DNA of 64,000 bases from Chrysomallon squamiferum. Taxonomy: Eukaryota; Animalia; Mollusca. The notes under the pieces are model-generated. The model was not told where the DNA came from and ran no database searches. It worked only from the letters and a program-made list of their open reading frames with translations. Made by a program: the position numbers and the translations under genes. Positions 51,182 through 63,363 of this stretch are shown here, piece after piece; the first letter of the stretch is position 1, and every line of letters starts with the position of its first letter. Location: assembly GCA_012295275.1 (NCBI GenBank), contig CM022679.1, positions 6,138,001 through 6,202,000 of the forward strand, in the 5' to 3' direction.

Positions 51182-54100
51182 ATGGCGACTTCCAAAGGAG
51201 CAAATACGTATAATCGACAAAATTGGGAAGATTCTGTAAGAAATATTATATATTACGGATAATAAAATTAAACCAAATAAATATAATCTTCTAGAGTAAT
51301 GCAAAGTTAAATTGTTATCAACCAGTTCCGTCAGATTTCAGTGAACAAAATTTAGGCTGTAAAAGTAAAAGTAACATGGTTACGATATTATGGATATACT
51401 CATATAGAAACGTAAATGACATTCCTGGAAAGAGATTGGAATTAATTTTCAAATAAAACAATTAACGTAATTTTAAAGAATATATGACATATTATTTGTC
51501 CTTTTTAATCATTTTAACTTAATATCTACACGTATTCGTAATGGGGGAAAGATCACTTCTAATTCTTTTAATTTTTTAGGTAGATTTTTCAGTTTCAGGT
51601 ATCAACTATCATAATTTGATTTAGTAAATGTATATTTAACAATCTGAATAGTTAAATTATTAATTAATAAAGTTAATAGTAATTAAATAAAAGCTAAAAG
51701 AAGTTACTAGTTAAATTTCAATATGTATATCAGTTACAACTGTTACTATTGTATCCAGAAAACTCTGATAAACAAACTTGTGTTTTTTCATGTATGGTAG
51801 TTGTATGTTTCAATAACGGAATATATGAAATTATGTATTCCATTGTTTGAGGCTGCAGCTGGTAATGAAATAATGGTTCTAAAATAGAGCTTTCAAAAAT
51901 CATCCAAAATTAAGAAGACAGTAAGATACAATACCAGTTTTAATTATTCTCTCATGTAACAGATAGATGACAATCAGTTTTATATTTGTAAAAATAAAGT
52001 GTGTGTTTTTAAAGTGGTCATTAACCAAAAAAAAAAGGTTTTTTCTTCTTCTTCTTATTTTTATTCAGGTTATAGAAGACAGTAAGATACAATACCAGTT
52101 TTAATTATTCTCTCATGTAACAGATAGATGACAATCAGTTTTATATTTGTAAAAATAAAGTGTGTGTTTTTAAAGTGGTCATTAACCAAAAAAAAAAGGT
52201 TTTTTCTTCTTCTTCTTATTTTTATTCAGGTTATAGTATGTAGTCTAATGGTTTCCATATCAGCATATGTGTTTGTTTTTAATCCTATCCACATTTGATA
52301 AGTTTAAAAATAATAATAAAAAGCATAAGTTCTCAGTATTGTATTTCTTTCAACAAAATTCAACACATTTATTTTTAATCACTGGTTTTAAAATTATAAT
52401 TAAATTTATTTTTGTTGTTGTTGTTTTTGTTATCATCACAATTGTTACAAATATTAAAGTGCCATTATACTACTTGACCAAAATTATTATGGATAAAACA
52501 ATCATAAAAAATATTAAATGTCGTAAATAAAAACTGTTGTGAGTATTAATCCCCTTTTACAAATATATTTATCTATTTATTTTATGTGCTAAATTGTTTA
52601 TTATTTTATTTTTTAAACAGGAATTTCCAGTTTTGTGTCAGACATGTCTTGGTGATAATCCTTATATACGAATGGTAAGAATTTTAAAATAGTTTAATTA
52701 AGTTTCCCTCATTGTTCATATATTTAGTTTTTTTCACTGCTTTGTTTCATATTAGGTAAGCAGTAAATTTAAGTTACTTAAAATTATAATACCATTTGAT
52801 TAAATAATATTAGATTCAGAACAGTTGTAATTTGTATGTATATTTCTAAAATTATATGTTTATGATATCTTTAAATATAAACAAACAGATTTTAATTATT
52901 CAATGATATGTGTCTGTAAATAAACTACTGTTATTTATGGTGTCTGTAAGTAAAATGTAACTGGAGTAAATGTGTAATAATTGACTGATTCTGTTGTTTC
53001 ATTCTGCTGTAAAATGGCAAATCATCTGCCTCACTGCACCTTCCTGACAGGTAGATCTGTTTGCATGTTTCTGATTTCAGATTTATTTCCCTTTTTTTTT
53101 TCTAAAATAAATTTAAATAATAAATTTATTATCGTTTTAAAAAAAAAATTAATTTAATTTTTTTAAATTATTATTCTTGTTGTTGTCATTGTTGATTATT
53201 ATTATTTTGTATGTTTTGTTTCCTAGACAAAAGAGAAATTTGGAAAGGAATGCAAGATCTGCGTTCGTCCCTTCACCGTGTTCCGATGGTGTCCAGGAGC
53301 TCGAATGAGGTTCAAGAAGACTGAAGTTTGTCAGACATGTAGCAAAATAAAAAATGTCTGTCAGACATGTCTGCTAGATCTAGAATATGGTAAGTTTCTT
53401 CTTGTCTGTCAACAATATTATTTAATATGGCAGTGTTAATTTGTATTTTACACCACCTTGAAATAAAACAGATAATGTTTAACTTTATATATATCTGTGT
53501 TTGTGTGTATATGTGTGTGTGTATGTGTAATATGTATATGTGTACATGAATGTATTTAATGTAATATAATGCATGTACATATGTATAAAATGTATTGAAT
53601 ATACACAGAAATAATACATTTTAAAATATTGTGAATTAGCATACATTGAAGATCAGTGGGCAGTTCCATGAAAAATGATGGTGTTTGTTTAAGTTGAACT
53701 TAAAATTTTCACATACCTTTTGTCGGTATGTTAATATTTGTACATAAATGTGTTATTTTCTTTGTTCATGTTTTGTTTTATTTTCTGAAAGGTCTGCCTG
53801 TGCAGGTACGTGATGCTGCACTGAAGGTCCAGGAAGCGATGCCTAAGTCTGATGTTAATAAGGAATATTACACACAGAACATGGAAAAAGAGGTAAACTG
53901 TCAGAAGAAAAATTTGAAACAAATCATATTTCCTTTGTGCTATTTCTTCCAGAAAAAAGAGTCTTTGAAACATTTATATTTATATTATTCATAATAATGT
54001 TTTCAGTACTTATTATAATTGACTGCAATTAATTTTCATGTTTTACAGTCTTAATCAATTAGTTGTTTCAAAATATCACTTAAGATTATATAAATTATTT

Positions 54101-57100
54101 ATAGAATAATTTGAGATGGTTTAATTTCAGGAATTTAATCTTAAACAGAATAGCCATAGTAATACAAATGTTATTTTTTGTTTATTTATTATTATTATTT
54201 TTGTTTTCATGTTCAGATAGCTAACTCCGATGGTACGACTCCAGTTGGAGCACTGGCTGGAAAATCACAGACCCCGAGTGACATGTTGTTAAAACTAGCA
54301 AGAACAACACCTTACTACAAGAGAAACAGACCACACATCTGTTCATTCTGGGTCAAAGGTGAATGCAAGAGAGGAGAAGAATGTCCATACAGGTGAGTTA
54401 GATTTCACATTTAGCCATTACATATTGTTAATTCAAAAATTACTTTTGCTATTTACATGTAGATACAATGGATTCATATTCAAAAATTACCTATTTTAAA
54501 TTTAAAAATACTTTTAAAATTTACATACAGTTGAGTTAGATTTCACATTGAGCAATTATGTTTTGTAAATTTAAAAATTACTTTTGTTATTACATACAGG
54601 TGAGTTAGATCATTTATATTTAACTATTACAAATTCTAAATATAATATTATTTTTAATGTCTTATTTATTTTACAATTACATAGCCTAAATAAAAATTTA
54701 TTTTATGTTAAAATTGTGTTAATTACATTTAGGTGACCTAGATATTATTATTTTTTATTATTTTTGATTTGTTATTTGCGTATAGTTGAGATAGATAGCT
54801 ACTTTTACTATTAAAATGGAATTATTTATAATATAGATGATCTAAATTTTTAAAATTAAATATTATTTATTTTACACATAATTTTATACAAGTCACCTGT
54901 TTTTGAATTGTGTATTTTACAAGTTTAATTTATACATTAATGAGGTGCCTGTAAAATCTTGCATAGTTTAAACATTTTATTGCATAATTCAGTGTTTGAA
55001 ATTACTTTAAATCTTTAAAATATCAGTTTATTTTTTAAATCTGAATTTTGTTTTTACTAACTATAAATGTTTTTAAATTTAAAAAAATTAACATATTTGA
55101 TTGAAGGAGAATTAACTGTATTTTAAAAGTTCTTGTTTTTGTTCTTTTAATTATTTATATCTATATATATATTTTACCAGGCATGAAAAGCCCACAGATC
55201 CAGACGATCCTCTGGCAGATCAGAACATTAAAGACAGATTTTATGGAATGAATGACCCAGTGGCTGACAAACTTATCAAACGCTTTGGAAACATGCCCAA
55301 ATTGGAACCGCCTGAAGATAAAACTATAACAACACTGTACATAGGAAATTTGGGAGAAAAAGTTGGAGAAAAGGAACTCAAGTATGTTACCTAAACAGTT
55401 TGCTCATTATGATTTTACTTAACTAAATTTTTCTTTATAAAAGAAAATGATATATGTCCATTACTTTATTAATTTAAATATACTACATGTATATAAAAAA
55501 AAACAATCTTTCAAAAAGTCACAAATATTTTTGAAAAACAACTGCAAGTAATTATCTAATATTTGTGATGATTTTTGCAGGATTTTTCTTTTTGAATCAT
55601 ACATTTTTACTCTAATCACAGAGATATGAGCATTATCATTTAACCAATTTCAAAATCATTAGTAAATTAATTGTGTGAAAAAAAGATGTTGAAACTAATT
55701 GTTGACTAAGACATTCTTTTTATTTATTTATTAATATTTTGTGAAACTTGTGCTTTCATTTTACTTCACTTTACTTTTATTTTTCCTTTATTGTTATTAT
55801 TATTATTATTTTTATTTTTATTATTTAATTTTTCTTTAAAGAAATAAAACTGATATTACTAATATTCATCAGAGATAGTATGAAATAAATTTAAATTTCG
55901 AAATCATTCTGTAACTATTTCATTTGACAGAGATCACTTTTACCAATTTGGAGAGGTGCGGTCAATTAACGTGGTCACCAAACAACAGTGTGCATTTGTT
56001 CAGTTCACAAGTCGCTCATCAGCAGAGGCAGCAGCAGAGGCATCATTCAACAAACTAATCATCAATGGGCGACGTCTAAATATTAAATGGGGAAGGTCAC
56101 AAGGTCAGCAGCAGCTGGCAGGGAAAAAAGAAGGGGAGGAGGGGCAGCTTATGTTGGAGCCTGTACCTGGACTTCCAGGAGGTAAGATAAGTTTTTTTTG
56201 GTTAATGTTTTTACTTGTAACAAAATCATTTATTTAGTTTCATTTTGTTAGTGAATAAACAATAAAGGAAAAATATTCAGGTTCAAGTTTGGTAGGCATA
56301 AAAGAAAACAAATAGTATTTTGACATGTTAAATGGATTTATTAATAAATTTAAAAAATATTTATCTGAAAGCGTAGAATAACAGTGAAAATCATCTTCCC
56401 CCTAACATTCTTTTTTAATCTCTGAATTATTAATATGAGTTATGTGATTTTGTAATGAGTCCTCAAAGAATGTTCACTGAAACACAGCAGACTGAGTTTG
56501 TTTCAGATAGATTTATTGAATTTATGTTAATGCATGGATACATTACAAGAATGTTGTGGATGTGAAAGTGTGCAATGCATGCATTATTTGTTATTCATGT
56601 GTTATTTTTTATTTCAGCACTACCTCCTCCACCAGAAGAAATCACAAACAACTTCTTCAACCTACAGCCTCCCCCAATGATGCCTCCAATGCCTCCCAGA
56701 GTGATGATGTCACAGGGTCCTCCTCCTATGCAGTTGTTTGGAGCCATGCCACGGGGAATGATGCCTCCAGGTTGGTTTGTTGGTTGTTTAGCATTATTAT
56801 TAGTAGTAATAGTAGTAGTAGTGGTAGTTATGGTAGTGGTAGTAGTAGTAGTAGTGATATTGGGGTAGTAGTAGCAGTTGTATTATTTTCAGACATAGTG
56901 GTTTTAATATAAAAATATTGTTACAGTATATTCTTAAAGGACACATTAATAAAATCTGGATGTTTTAATCCACCAGCATATTGTATTGTGTCTGTCTGTT
57001 TCAACAATTTTTGTTTGTTTTCATTATTATTATTATTCTTAATGTTGTAGTTGTATAGATTATCCAATAATAATAATTCAGTCTTTGTCAAACATTTAAT

Positions 57101-57288
57101 GTTTTATTATAAATTAACATTTTATATTAATACATTTTGTGTAATATTTTTCAGGAATGCGACTACCTCCACCTCCCCCTGGAGTTGTACCAATCAGACC
57201 ACCCCCTGGAATGCCACCCCGCCCATCAACAATGCATTACCCATCACAAGATCCTACAAGAATGGGTGCAGTTCAATCTGGAAAATAA
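51182..57288 (+). CDS. RBM22: Pre-mRNA-splicing factor RBM22 (Cwc2/Ecm2-related), 9 exons, 428 aa
   Basis: Exons 51182-51235, 52621-52674, 53227-53389, 53792-53892, 54217-54392, 55181-55381, 55931-56181, 56618-56770, 57155-57288; total 1287 nt. [28 protein letters not shown] finger [22 protein letters not shown] ([14 protein letters not shown]), Pro-rich tail ending [11 protein letters not shown]. Confidence 0.97.
51913..52236. repeat. Perfect 161-bp tandem duplication in RBM22 intron 1
   Basis: 51913-52073 is repeated at 52074-52234 with no difference seen, including the A10 run. Confidence 0.92.
54386..54800 (+). repeat. Degenerate 69-bp tandem repeat derived from the RBM22 exon5/intron5 junction
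   Basis: CATACAG(G/T)TGAGTTAGAT with the +1 position at 54393, 54531 and 54600 (offsets 138 and 207 = 2x and 3x 69). Weaker copies near 54733 and 54786. Confidence 0.8.
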
Positions 57289-59421
57289 CAAAAACTATTT
57301 TTAAATGCATTAAAAATTTCATAAAACATTTTGCAGCAGTTTTCAAAATGAAAATTGTCCACTACACTGAAGGAGGAAATAAAATTATAATAAAAATAGA
57401 AGGGTAATTGAAATGACCATATAATGAAAAGATACTTAAAAAAACCCCAGTAATAATAATAAAAAGCAAAACATCTTTTTTTTTTAAATTTCAAATTTCC
57501 AAATCTTTTCAAGAAAAGGATATACATTTGTTTTTAAATCAAGATGTCCATTCCAAATGTTGTAACAGAATGACTTGTTTTTAAATAAATGTGCCTCTGA
57601 TGTAACTTTTGTTTTTAATATTTGAAAAAACATCTTGTAACATATATGAAAAATTGTGTTAAATATCAAGTTTTGATGAAATTTTAATAAACTGCCTTTT
57701 ATCTGAATGGAGTTATTTTAGTTTGTTTTATTCTGATGATACTGATAGTGTGGCAGACATAATCATTTCCAGTTTAGGCTAGTGCATGAATTGAACCCAC
57801 TTGGTCCATGACTTTATGAAATGCCATAGTCTTGCTTTTCAGCCAGTGGGAAGGTAGATAATGAAGAAAACTATTGCTGCTAATTGGAAAAAAGGTAGCC
57901 AGTCAGTTTCTCTCATTACATTTTCTCCCACATTTCTTCTCTTAATAATGGATCTTTAACTCTGCTTACTGTCGCTGTATGTGACAAGCATTTCTGAAAG
58001 ACAACATCACCAAATTAATTCGTTTTTATTTACAAATACATTAAAATAAAAGGAAACATTTAATATATATGTATATATGTATGTATGTATAGATATATAC
58101 TACTACTAATAATAATAATAATTAATAAATAATAAATAAATAAATAAATAAAAACTAATATTTATGTTTTTTGAAAGTAGCATAACTAAATATTACATAA
58201 AACGAAATAATTTTTTTTATTTTTAATCCACTCTTTTAAAAATATGATAACGAATGCTAAATTGTGGGCTACTAATGCATTATAATCTGAAGATGAATTT
58301 GAATAATTAATATCATTAGTTACATATTTATGATATATGTTTACACACGTAGTCTCGGCAACTTTCCTTAGAATAAATACGGTGTACGTAATTTATTATC
58401 AGAATGATGCTGTTGGCTTCCAAGTACTGCAAGTCGATTGCCGTCCATTCTTTCTAAGGAAAAAAAAAAAGATGTACTAATAATTTTTCGCAGTTATGCC
58501 GACATCTAAAGCGTATTTGCAGGTGATAAAAGGTAAGTTACTCTCATCTGTTAGTATGAAACCTGGTATTATTTCTTTGTTAAAAATTCTTTGTTGATGA
58601 CGGAGGGCAGACGGAATCGTGTAATCGATATATGTGCCGTGTAGGAACGTTGAATCACGTTTGCTTTTCACCGTTTACTGCATTGGAAGTTTAAAAAAAA
58701 AATTAAAAATCTGTTTCACACCATTTCTCTTTTACTTAGGGATTATAAATATAATATGGAAATCATTACATATTAATATTATTTAGCAAAACATGGGCAT
58801 ATTGTGTATCGTATTGAGTACCGTATTATTTCACCAACATGCGCCCCGGTTCACAGTTATTTCCCGATGTATGATGAAGAACATTCACATCACGTATTAA
58901 CATACATTTATTGTTGTTGTTGAATGCTTTATTATTTGAAATAGCAATTAATTAAGTGTTAATTAAATCTTATCATTATATGAATATTTGTGTTCCAGAA
59001 ATATTAGTATCATTCATAATTTTTTTTTTTTTTTTTTGCTATTTGCTAATAATCTTAAATTATTCTGTTCGGATATATAACTTGTGTATTTGCATACGTA
59101 ATGTAATATATAGTTATGACAACCATTTTATTATATTTGTGTTTGTTTTTTAACGAACCACATAATCATTATATTGTTATTCATTTAAATATGTAAACTG
59201 AAAAATCTGTATTATTATGTTATTATTATTATTTTTTTTTTATTGAATTCTTTTTTCATTCTTTTTCTTTCTTCCTTCCTTTCTTTCTTTATTTTTATAT
59301 TTCGTACGATTATATAAACTAACATTAATACATTTAATGTTTACATACATCTTTATTGTATTGCTACAATTAAATAAATGCCTATATACATTTATATTGT
59401 GACAAACAATCACGACGTCTC

Positions 59422-59442
59422 TGTGTGTGTGTGTGTGGGGGG

Positions 59443-59518
<76 letters not shown>
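59422..59518. repeat. (TG)n-(GA)n microsatellite
   Basis: Directly visible. Confidence 0.95.
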
Positions 59519-59520
<2 letters not shown>

Positions 59521-60294
59521 AAGTTTAATTTGTTCAGCATTTTTAACATTATCACATAAATATTTATTAATACATCTTTTTGTAAGGAATATACATTGTT
59601 GAATGAAGGCAATAGAACAGAGAACAACATTCATTCAGTAATCATTGTACATTTTCCTGTACAGACGGTATAGCTGAAGGTTGAACGGATGAAAGGATGA
59701 ACAGAAATCAGTATATACATCGTGTGTTGTATTTTTTTTAGTGGTACTTAAATAATATCAGCTGTATCCTGTACTGGATGACAGCTAACCGATTTATGTC
59801 TTTGGTAAAGACATTTCAACGACAATCGTTTTATTTTGAGCTATTACTGTCATACACTTGGTAAATGTCAACTTTCATTACAAAGCCAAATAGCTGTCAG
59901 ATGACTCCAATTTCTATAATCATCATTTGCCGCGGTATTCTGATTAGAAGACACACATACACTGTAGTATGTGGTGAAGATAATGCAAGGATCTCTCACT
60001 GGTTAGTATTCATTTTAAAATTTCTTCTCTAATTTTTATTTCTTCCTTCTTTTAAATTATATTCTAACTAAAATGAAGTACATTTTATATGTATCATTTA
60101 TCATTTATTAGTACTTATTATTAAAAAGTTAATTTTTGATTCGTTGGATTATAATTATATAATTAGGTATTTTTGTTTAAAATAAGAAAAATGTCTTCAA
60201 AATGAAATCTGTTTATATGGCATTTAATTTCATGTAATAAAATCGGTTTCATGATATTCTTTACAGCGTTTTGCTGAGACCGAGAAACACAACA

Positions 60295-61929
60295 ATGTTC
60301 TTCCTATGGACCACATCCTTGTTGTATTTACTGGATGTTACTCTCCTGGTTCGAGCAGACGTCTGTCCTTTCCAGTGTGACTGCCGTGAAGATCATTTGG
60401 CTGAACTTGGCACTACGTTCGTTATCTACTGTGGGCATAAAAACCTCACCCGAGTTCCAGATTTCAAAAGTCTTGTCAAAGTCAGACTTCCCAAACTCGT
60501 TTCAGTGGCTTACAACCGTATAACGACAATGAACAGAACGGATTTTCCACCGGGATTAGGTATTACGATCTTGAACCTTGATGGTAACCGCAACCTTGCA
60601 ATTTCAGACGACACATTTTTTAACGTGCGAAGCACACTGATCCATCTAACACTGGAAGCTACAGGATTATTTTTTAACAGAACACTAACGTTTTTGAAAG
60701 ATTTAAATCGTCTGAAAAAATTGGATCTCAGTTATAACAATATTATTTTACACAATTATAATCATGGTTACAAAAACGTACGGGATGCTCTTTTCAAAGG
60801 TCAGAGATTGACATCGTTAACATATTTGAAAATGTACGGTTGTGGAATCGTCAGTATGGGAGCTGATGTTTTTCACGGGCTTAATAATTTGCAGACTTTA
60901 GACATTGCTGCAAACAGAATGACGGACATTCCAGAAGCAATCAGACATTTGAAAAATTTGAAAACTCTTGATATTAGTAACTGTAAAATAAACCATCTTC
61001 GAGGAGGTCGATTTATCGGCATGAAAAAACTCACTAAGATAAAATTGAACTATAATGGTTTAAATATAATTGAAAGTAGTGCTTTTAAGGGACTAGAAAC
61101 GTCGTTAAAAAATTTAGAACTTCGAGGATGCAAGCTCACCACAATACCAACACATGCAATAAAAAAACTTAAGATTTTGAAGTCGTTGAATTTGGCTTCT
61201 AATAGCATCACAGTCTTTGATTCCAAATCTCTGGCTGGGTCGTATTGCTTAAACGAACTAGACTTAAGTAACATGAAAATAAAGTTCCGCCAGGATATGT
61301 TCGATGGGCAGAAATCCTGCTTGACAGATTTAAAGCTTAGAAATACGAGTTTATCTTCAGTGCCATTAAAACCATTATCCAAACTCTCCAATCTGCGGTA
61401 CTTGTTCCTTGATAACAATTTCATCAAAGTACTAAAGAAAAATGCTTTTAAGGGCATCAAAGCACAAACCCTAAGCTTTTCCAGTTCGCCATTAAAAGCG
61501 GTAGAAACGGGTGCCTTCAACGGTGTGCCAAGACCGATATATTTGAGAATTGAACGAACTAATGTGACAAATCTGCAGTTTTTCTTCGACTATAAAGAAA
61601 ATACGTTTGCCTGGATTGGTGTTAGACATTCGTCTATACTATGTGACTGCACACTGGCCCGAATTATGAATAAAATGCCGGACTCAGGGCTTTATGGAGA
61701 TTGTCGCTACGACGGCAGACAACTTCATTTCAGAAGCAGCGAGCTGACAGAAATCTTGTCATCAGAATGCCCTGCAGCATTTACATCAGCACCAAAACCA
61801 ATTATTCTTAAGTCAAAAGGAGAAACAACAACTTTCAGAGTAGCGTACAGTGCCAGCTCCAGTACCAGGAATTTTATCAGTTCAAATGTTTTATTCATTA
61901 TTATTTGTAGCAGTTTCTTACCATTCTAA
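60295..61929 (+). CDS. Secreted, probably GPI-anchored extracellular leucine-rich-repeat protein (signal peptide-LRRNT-LRR array-LRRCT-like-Ser/Thr stalk-hydrophobic tail), 544 aa, single coding exon
   Basis: First ATG after the acceptor TTCTTTACAG (60266) is at 60295. Hydrophobic MFFLWTTSLLYLLDVTLLVRA, then CPFQCDC...C cap and more than a dozen LxxLxLxxN-type repeats, ILCDC...C...C, and a C-terminal NVLFIIICSSFLPF with no cytoplasmic tail. Putative UTR-exon donor at 60001/60002; AATAAA at 61966. Confidence 0.9.
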   Translation: MFFLWTTSLLYLLDVTLLVRADVCPFQCDCREDHLAELGTTFVIYCGHKNLTRVPDFKSLVKVRLPKLVSVAYNRITTMNRTDFPPGLGITILNLDGNRNLAISDDTFFNVRSTLIHLTLEATGLFFNRTLTFLKDLNRLKKLDLSYNNIILHNYNHGYKNVRDALFKGQRLTSLTYLKMYGCGIVSMGADVFHGLNNLQTLDIAANRMTDIPEAIRHLKNLKTLDISNCKINHLRGGRFIGMKKLTKIKLNYNGLNIIESSAFKGLETSLKNLELRGCKLTTIPTHAIKKLKILKSLNLASNSITVFDSKSLAGSYCLNELDLSNMKIKFRQDMFDGQKSCLTDLKLRNTSLSSVPLKPLSKLSNLRYLFLDNNFIKVLKKNAFKGIKAQTLSFSSSPLKAVETGAFNGVPRPIYLRIERTNVTNLQFFFDYKENTFAWIGVRHSSILCDCTLARIMNKMPDSGLYGDCRYDGRQLHFRSSELTEILSSECPAAFTSAPKPIILKSKGETTTFRVAYSASSSTRNFISSNVLFIIICSSFLPF

Positions 61930-62549
61930 TACTGTGAACATTACTTTATGTATTTTTCGCTCATTAATAAAAAATAGTTAGCTTCGAAAATATTTATAAA
62001 TGACATTTGTTTAGAAGAACATTATTTTAACCCTGACAAATTTTGTCTGGAGGTAGTCTTTGTTAATAATAAATAACACCGGTATAATAATAATAATATT
62101 TATGACAAATCCTTAATCATTCACGGAGTCTGCATTGTCTTGACACTGCACAATATAGTAGATATTCTGACACATTGATATGATAAAAATTTACACAGAT
62201 TTACTATCTTTTGCTTGTTTATGTTTATCACTGAATAAACCATTTGCATTTGTTTCATTCTTTCTTTCTTTTTTTCTGTCGATTAATCCTTCTTGAATGA
62301 GTAACTGAGTATATAACACAAAATTTCATTACATCAACTTTCACAATAATCTATTAAAATCAGTACAGTGAAATATCAAAAATAGCAATCTGTATTAAAT
62401 ACACATTGTTTTGACTTTTGAATTTTTGCTCTACCAGCAGTGTTTGTTAGGCCTGCAGAAAGACAGGCTTGTTTTCGTGTTCTTTGCTTGCTAATTATTG
62501 TCATAGATATAATAAAATATCTCTGTTAGATATAGAACTAAGAAGCTTC

Positions 62550-62552
62550 ACG

Positions 62553-62637
<85 letters not shown>
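62550..62637. repeat. (CG)n-(CA)n alternating purine-pyrimidine microsatellite
   Basis: Directly visible, just upstream of the putative promoter of the second LRR gene. Confidence 0.95.
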
Positions 62638-62639
<2 letters not shown>

Positions 62640-62890
62640 TTTAAATAGGCCTAAATATATTTATGTTCTGTTTAAATAATCCACAAGGGTTAGTAACTTT
62701 CTAAAATGTGTTAATATAATTTGATATACGCAGTTGGGTTGTTTCTGTTATAGATTGACATAAAATCTATACGATGTGTATTAAATCGTGCTGGGCTGAC
62801 TTTCTCTGCACGAATTTAATATGTCTAAGGTAACGGCTGAACCGGAGGCGTATTAGATTACGGGTGCATTTAATAACCAAGCACAAGGGC

Positions 62891-62926
<36 letters not shown>

Positions 62927-63363
62927 GCGATTTACTTTTGTTTAGTTTTTGATCTTGTCAGTCTTTCATATTTAATTCTAGTATTATTTGCTTCTATGTT
63001 TAGTATCTTAGTTTTATTTCATCATAATTATTTTAATTCGCTTAATAGCAGGTAATACTTTTATTGTTATTTTAATAGAAGACAGAAATTGCAGTTGTTG
63101 TATTGTAAATAAAAATAGTACATCAGAGGCAACACACATTGGCATTATTATTATTATTATTATTATAATAAAAATAAATAAAATGCTGTATTTTCATTAT
63201 CTGAAATATAAAAACAGAAATTTATATATGTGAAATTACGGATTGTTCTTGTTTGAGTGTTGCTGTTGTAATAATTTATATTTTGTTTTTATTTTTTATC
63301 GTTTTTGTTATTACAGGTTCTTCAAAAAGTTGTATCTACGCAACTTTACAATATTAACAAGCC

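Noticed and set aside
60271-60294. ORF-track start of the LRR gene
   Set aside because: TTG codon; the first ATG (60295) yields a proper signal peptide.
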